Source of the DNA: a virus
Length of the DNA stretch: 64,000 nt
Reading direction: 5' to 3' (one strand)
Virus record (IMG/VR): IMGVR_UViG_3300030114_000522
The notes under the pieces were generated by a model. It did no database searches. It was not told where the DNA came from and saw only the letters and a program-made list of their open reading frames with translations. Numbering within the stretch: the first letter of the stretch is position 1; every line of letters begins with the position of its first letter. Both the position numbers and the translations under genes were made by a program. Below are positions 61,300-64,000 of this stretch, piece after piece.

Positions 61300-64000
61300 C
61301 TATAATGTTACCTCCTCTAATTTAAATTTGTCATTCAGATATTCAATATCACCATTTTTATTAGGAAAAGGAAACATGACCGTTTGTGTGGATTTTGTTT
61401 TAATGTTTTCAAATATTATATTCCCGTAGCAATTCCATAAAATATCCTTATTAGCTCCTTTGAAATCCTCATAAAATATTTTTATTAAATAATCTACTAA
61501 TTCATAAACATTTGAACATACCTTTTCTAATTCATTTTTAAATATAGTATAAATAGTAAGGGTTTCCTGTTCGAAATCAGCATTATATTTATTCTTTGAA
61601 CCACTATATTTAATACTATTTAATTCTGATAATTGTTTTCTGAAGTCTTGATATATAACTACTACACTATCATATGTATCTTGATTTATTAGGTCATTAT
61701 ATCTCATTAATAAATTATGTGTATCTTCTTCAACTGTATGTATTTTATTCTTTATATCAAAGTCTACACTTTCAATATATTTGCATATATTATTCATTAC
61801 ACTATCAGTATCTACAACTGGCATATAAATATTATAATCTTTAGTGAATTTTAATTCATTTTTGTTTTTATTATCTTTCTCTAATAATTCTTTTAGTGAA
61901 ATTCCAAACTTATGTCTACAAGCTAAATCATTTTTTTCTATGTATTTTTTATATTTTCTTTTTGTATCTGAATATAAATGTATAAAGAAATATGGATGTC
62001 TATCTAACATTATAGATTTTAAAAAGTCTTTTTCTTCACCTGATATTTCTAATTGATTTATATATTTCCTATCTGTCCATATTTTAGGGATACCTTTTAC
62101 CTCCCTACCTATTTTAGCTTTATCTATCTGGGCTGATTGTAATTTTGTACACATCTTTAATCTATCAAGAGTAACTTTATATTCTCTACTTCTTTTACCT
62201 TTAGTTTCTTCTAGATATTTTAATAAGGCAGTTCCAGTTGTACTCTTATTAGTTATAGCACCGATAATTGAACCAAAAGAGAATAAATCAGATTTATATA
62301 AGTCCTCATTAGTAATAACAATCTTTTTAGGGGTGGGTGGTTCGTATACTACTGGATTCTCATTTTTATAAACTGAATTAATTATGATTTCGTTTGAGGT
62401 ACTAGCTAATATATCGAAATCAAAGTCGCTTCCTGCAAAGTTATCTGTCTCATGTCCATGAATATTTAGTATTATTCCACCATAGCAATATTTAAACCAT
62501 TTTCTTTGTTCTTCTGTATTTTCTACATTCATAACTACATGTTCACTTCTGTATGTTAATGGGGCTCTCATACAATCAATTTTATTAACATTCCTATCAT
62601 TCCAATATTGAGAATAACAACTTCCTTTACTAATTAACCCATGTACTTCTAGTCCACATATAGATTCCATTAGTCCATAGGGGTCGGATACGATAACTTC
62701 ATAGTTTCCGTCCAAATTTATAGTACCTAAACATCCTTTATCTATTTTTTTCTTTATCAAATTGTATATTTTTTGCTTTATGTATTTATCATTTAATAAT
62801 TGATGATTAACTATTAATGATTTTATCCACCAATTTGAACTATTTTCTAAATATTTTTTAATTGATGATTGAGTTATATTTGTACCCATTAAGAACAATA
62901 ATGTATACCATATATCATCTGAATTAACTCCTTTAATCCATTTTATAAAACTTTCACATAACTCTGGTATTTTGTCTTTAGGTATATCGGTAACTTGTAA
63001 GAACTGATAATTCATTCTTAAAACATTACTCAATTCCTTATCAACATATAAAGATACTCCCCATGATAAATCATTTTTTATACAATTTTGTTTGTATTGT
63101 TCTAAACTTATAAATGAGTTCCATAACTTAAATTGTCCCTCAGTCAATATTACGTCAATTTCTCTTAAATCTACTTGAATAGGTTGTCCATTATCATCTT
63201 TATATATTGTATTTATTATGTAATTACCATTATTTTTCTCTTTACAAAATTCTTCGGTTTCAAATACATTTAACATCCCTTTAATAAAACTTTCTCTCAC
63301 GCAAAATTGACAAGGTATATAATCTAAGCCTAATTCATTACCCCATATTTCAGCCATTTTAGGAGTTATTAAACCCATACCATCAGACCTATTAAATTCT
63401 TTAGTAATAGTTTTTTGTTCAATTTTATCATCTTCATCATTTGGTGTTTCTGTAACCCAATTCACATCAAAGGTATCACTTATAAAATAATCAGGCACTA
63501 CACAAAATCTAGGAGTAGTTACTACTTGTGTCTTAGATTCATATAAACCCTTATAAGCATTAAATTTAGAAGGTGAAAATTTCTTAGTTTTATCTCTTCC
63601 ATTATCTAATATTTTATCAACACTTTGTAATATATCACTTGAACAAAAAGTAACTGTACTAGAACGCCCCTTTCCTGCCGAAGTAGATATTCTAAAATAA
63701 GTTTTATCATTAATTATCAATCCATTATTATATAAATATTCATAATGCTTATCATGTTCCATTATTATAGTTATATATTCTGGAATATAGCACATATCTA
63801 TTATCTTTTGTTTTTCTTCTTTTAATTTGTTTTTGTTTTCTTCACTATTTTTTTCTTTCTTTATTTTTTCTATATTTATATAAAATTCTTCAAGTACATT
63901 TTTATCTAATATTCTATTTTTAATATCACTATTATCTTTATATATGTCTGTCACTACTTTTCTAATAGTTCTTAGCATTTGATTATCTGACAAGGCTATT
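61300..64000 (-). CDS. yonO: YonO-like single-subunit two-barrel RNA polymerase (5-prime end outside window)
   Basis: S.G.GR, KFNAY.GL..S, DGMGLI.P, R..FIKG, R.P....EH, D.FAGSDFDFD, IG.ITN, Q..QIDKAK; frame open to the window edge. Confidence 0.92.
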   Translation of the reverse strand, partial: IALSDNQMLRTIRKVVTDIYKDNSDIKNRILDKNVLEEFYINIEKIKKEKNSEENKNKLKEEKQKIIDMCYIPEYITIIMEHDKHYEYLYNNGLIINDKTYFRISTSAGKGRSSTVTFCSSDILQSVDKILDNGRDKTKKFSPSKFNAYKGLYESKTQVVTTPRFCVVPDYFISDTFDVNWVTETPNDEDDKIEQKTITKEFNRSDGMGLITPKMAEIWGNELGLDYIPCQFCVRESFIKGMLNVFETEEFCKEKNNGNYIINTIYKDDNGQPIQVDLREIDVILTEGQFKLWNSFISLEQYKQNCIKNDLSWGVSLYVDKELSNVLRMNYQFLQVTDIPKDKIPELCESFIKWIKGVNSDDIWYTLLFLMGTNITQSSIKKYLENSSNWWIKSLIVNHQLLNDKYIKQKIYNLIKKKIDKGCLGTINLDGNYEVIVSDPYGLMESICGLEVHGLISKGSCYSQYWNDRNVNKIDCMRAPLTYRSEHVVMNVENTEEQRKWFKYCYGGIILNIHGHETDNFAGSDFDFDILASTSNEIIINSVYKNENPVVYEPPTPKKIVITNEDLYKSDLFSFGSIIGAITNKSTTGTALLKYLEETKGKRSREYKVTLDRLKMCTKLQSAQIDKAKIGREVKGIPKIWTDRKYINQLEISGEEKDFLKSIMLDRHPYFFIHLYSDTKRKYKKYIEKNDLACRHKFGISLKELLEKDNKNKNELKFTKDYNIYMPVVDTDSVMNNICKYIESVDFDIKNKIHTVEEDTHNLLMRYNDLINQDTYDSVVVIYQDFRKQLSELNSIKYSGSKNKYNADFEQETLTIYTIFKNELEKVCSNVYELVDYLIKIFYEDFKGANKDILWNCYGNIIFENIKTKSTQTVMFPFPNKNGDIEYLNDKFKLEEVTL

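Noticed and set aside
4234-62056. Numerous plus-strand ORFs of 60-135 aa overlapping minus-strand genes
   Set aside because: Antisense shadows of real genes; no RBS or recognisable motifs
1-64000. CRISPR array, diversity-generating retroelement, inteins, integrase/att site
   Set aside because: No repeat-spacer array, reverse transcriptase, intein motifs or recombinase seen by eye

Overview
This very AT-rich window is a contiguous piece of a large SPbeta-like siphovirus or prophage of a low-GC Firmicute. The choline/cell-wall-binding repeats suggest a Clostridium host. Almost everything is on the minus strand. Reading right to left: a YonO-like single-subunit RNA polymerase (cut by the window edge), then an accessory block (HU-like, beta-CASP nuclease, YonK, a ~1.7 kb structured non-coding region with tRNA-Tyr, YonJ-like phosphoesterase, ClpP). 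Next come a tnpB-only IS200/IS605 element, terminase, portal, protease, capsid and head-tail/tail genes. The tape-measure gene is split by two ORF-less group I introns. Baseplate, fibre and lysis genes follow, then a second fibre module and a RepL-like gene. Three free-standing homing-endonuclease-like genes and several morons with their own sigma-A promoters are interspersed. No integrase, att site or host gene is visible, so prophage versus free phage cannot be decided. The main highlights are: (1) intron frame arithmetic in which canonical splicing is in frame only if exon 2 is skipped; (2) a ~1 kb candidate giant ncRNA next to an unusual tRNA-Tyr; (3) a covarying RBS-pairing RNA leader shared by two unrelated nuclease genes, one copy interrupted by the TnpB element; (4) a strand-biased intergenic motif that may be the phage RNAP promoter; (5) a multi-anti-Shine-Dalgarno sRNA candidate. 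All family calls come from motif recognition by eye; no searches were run.
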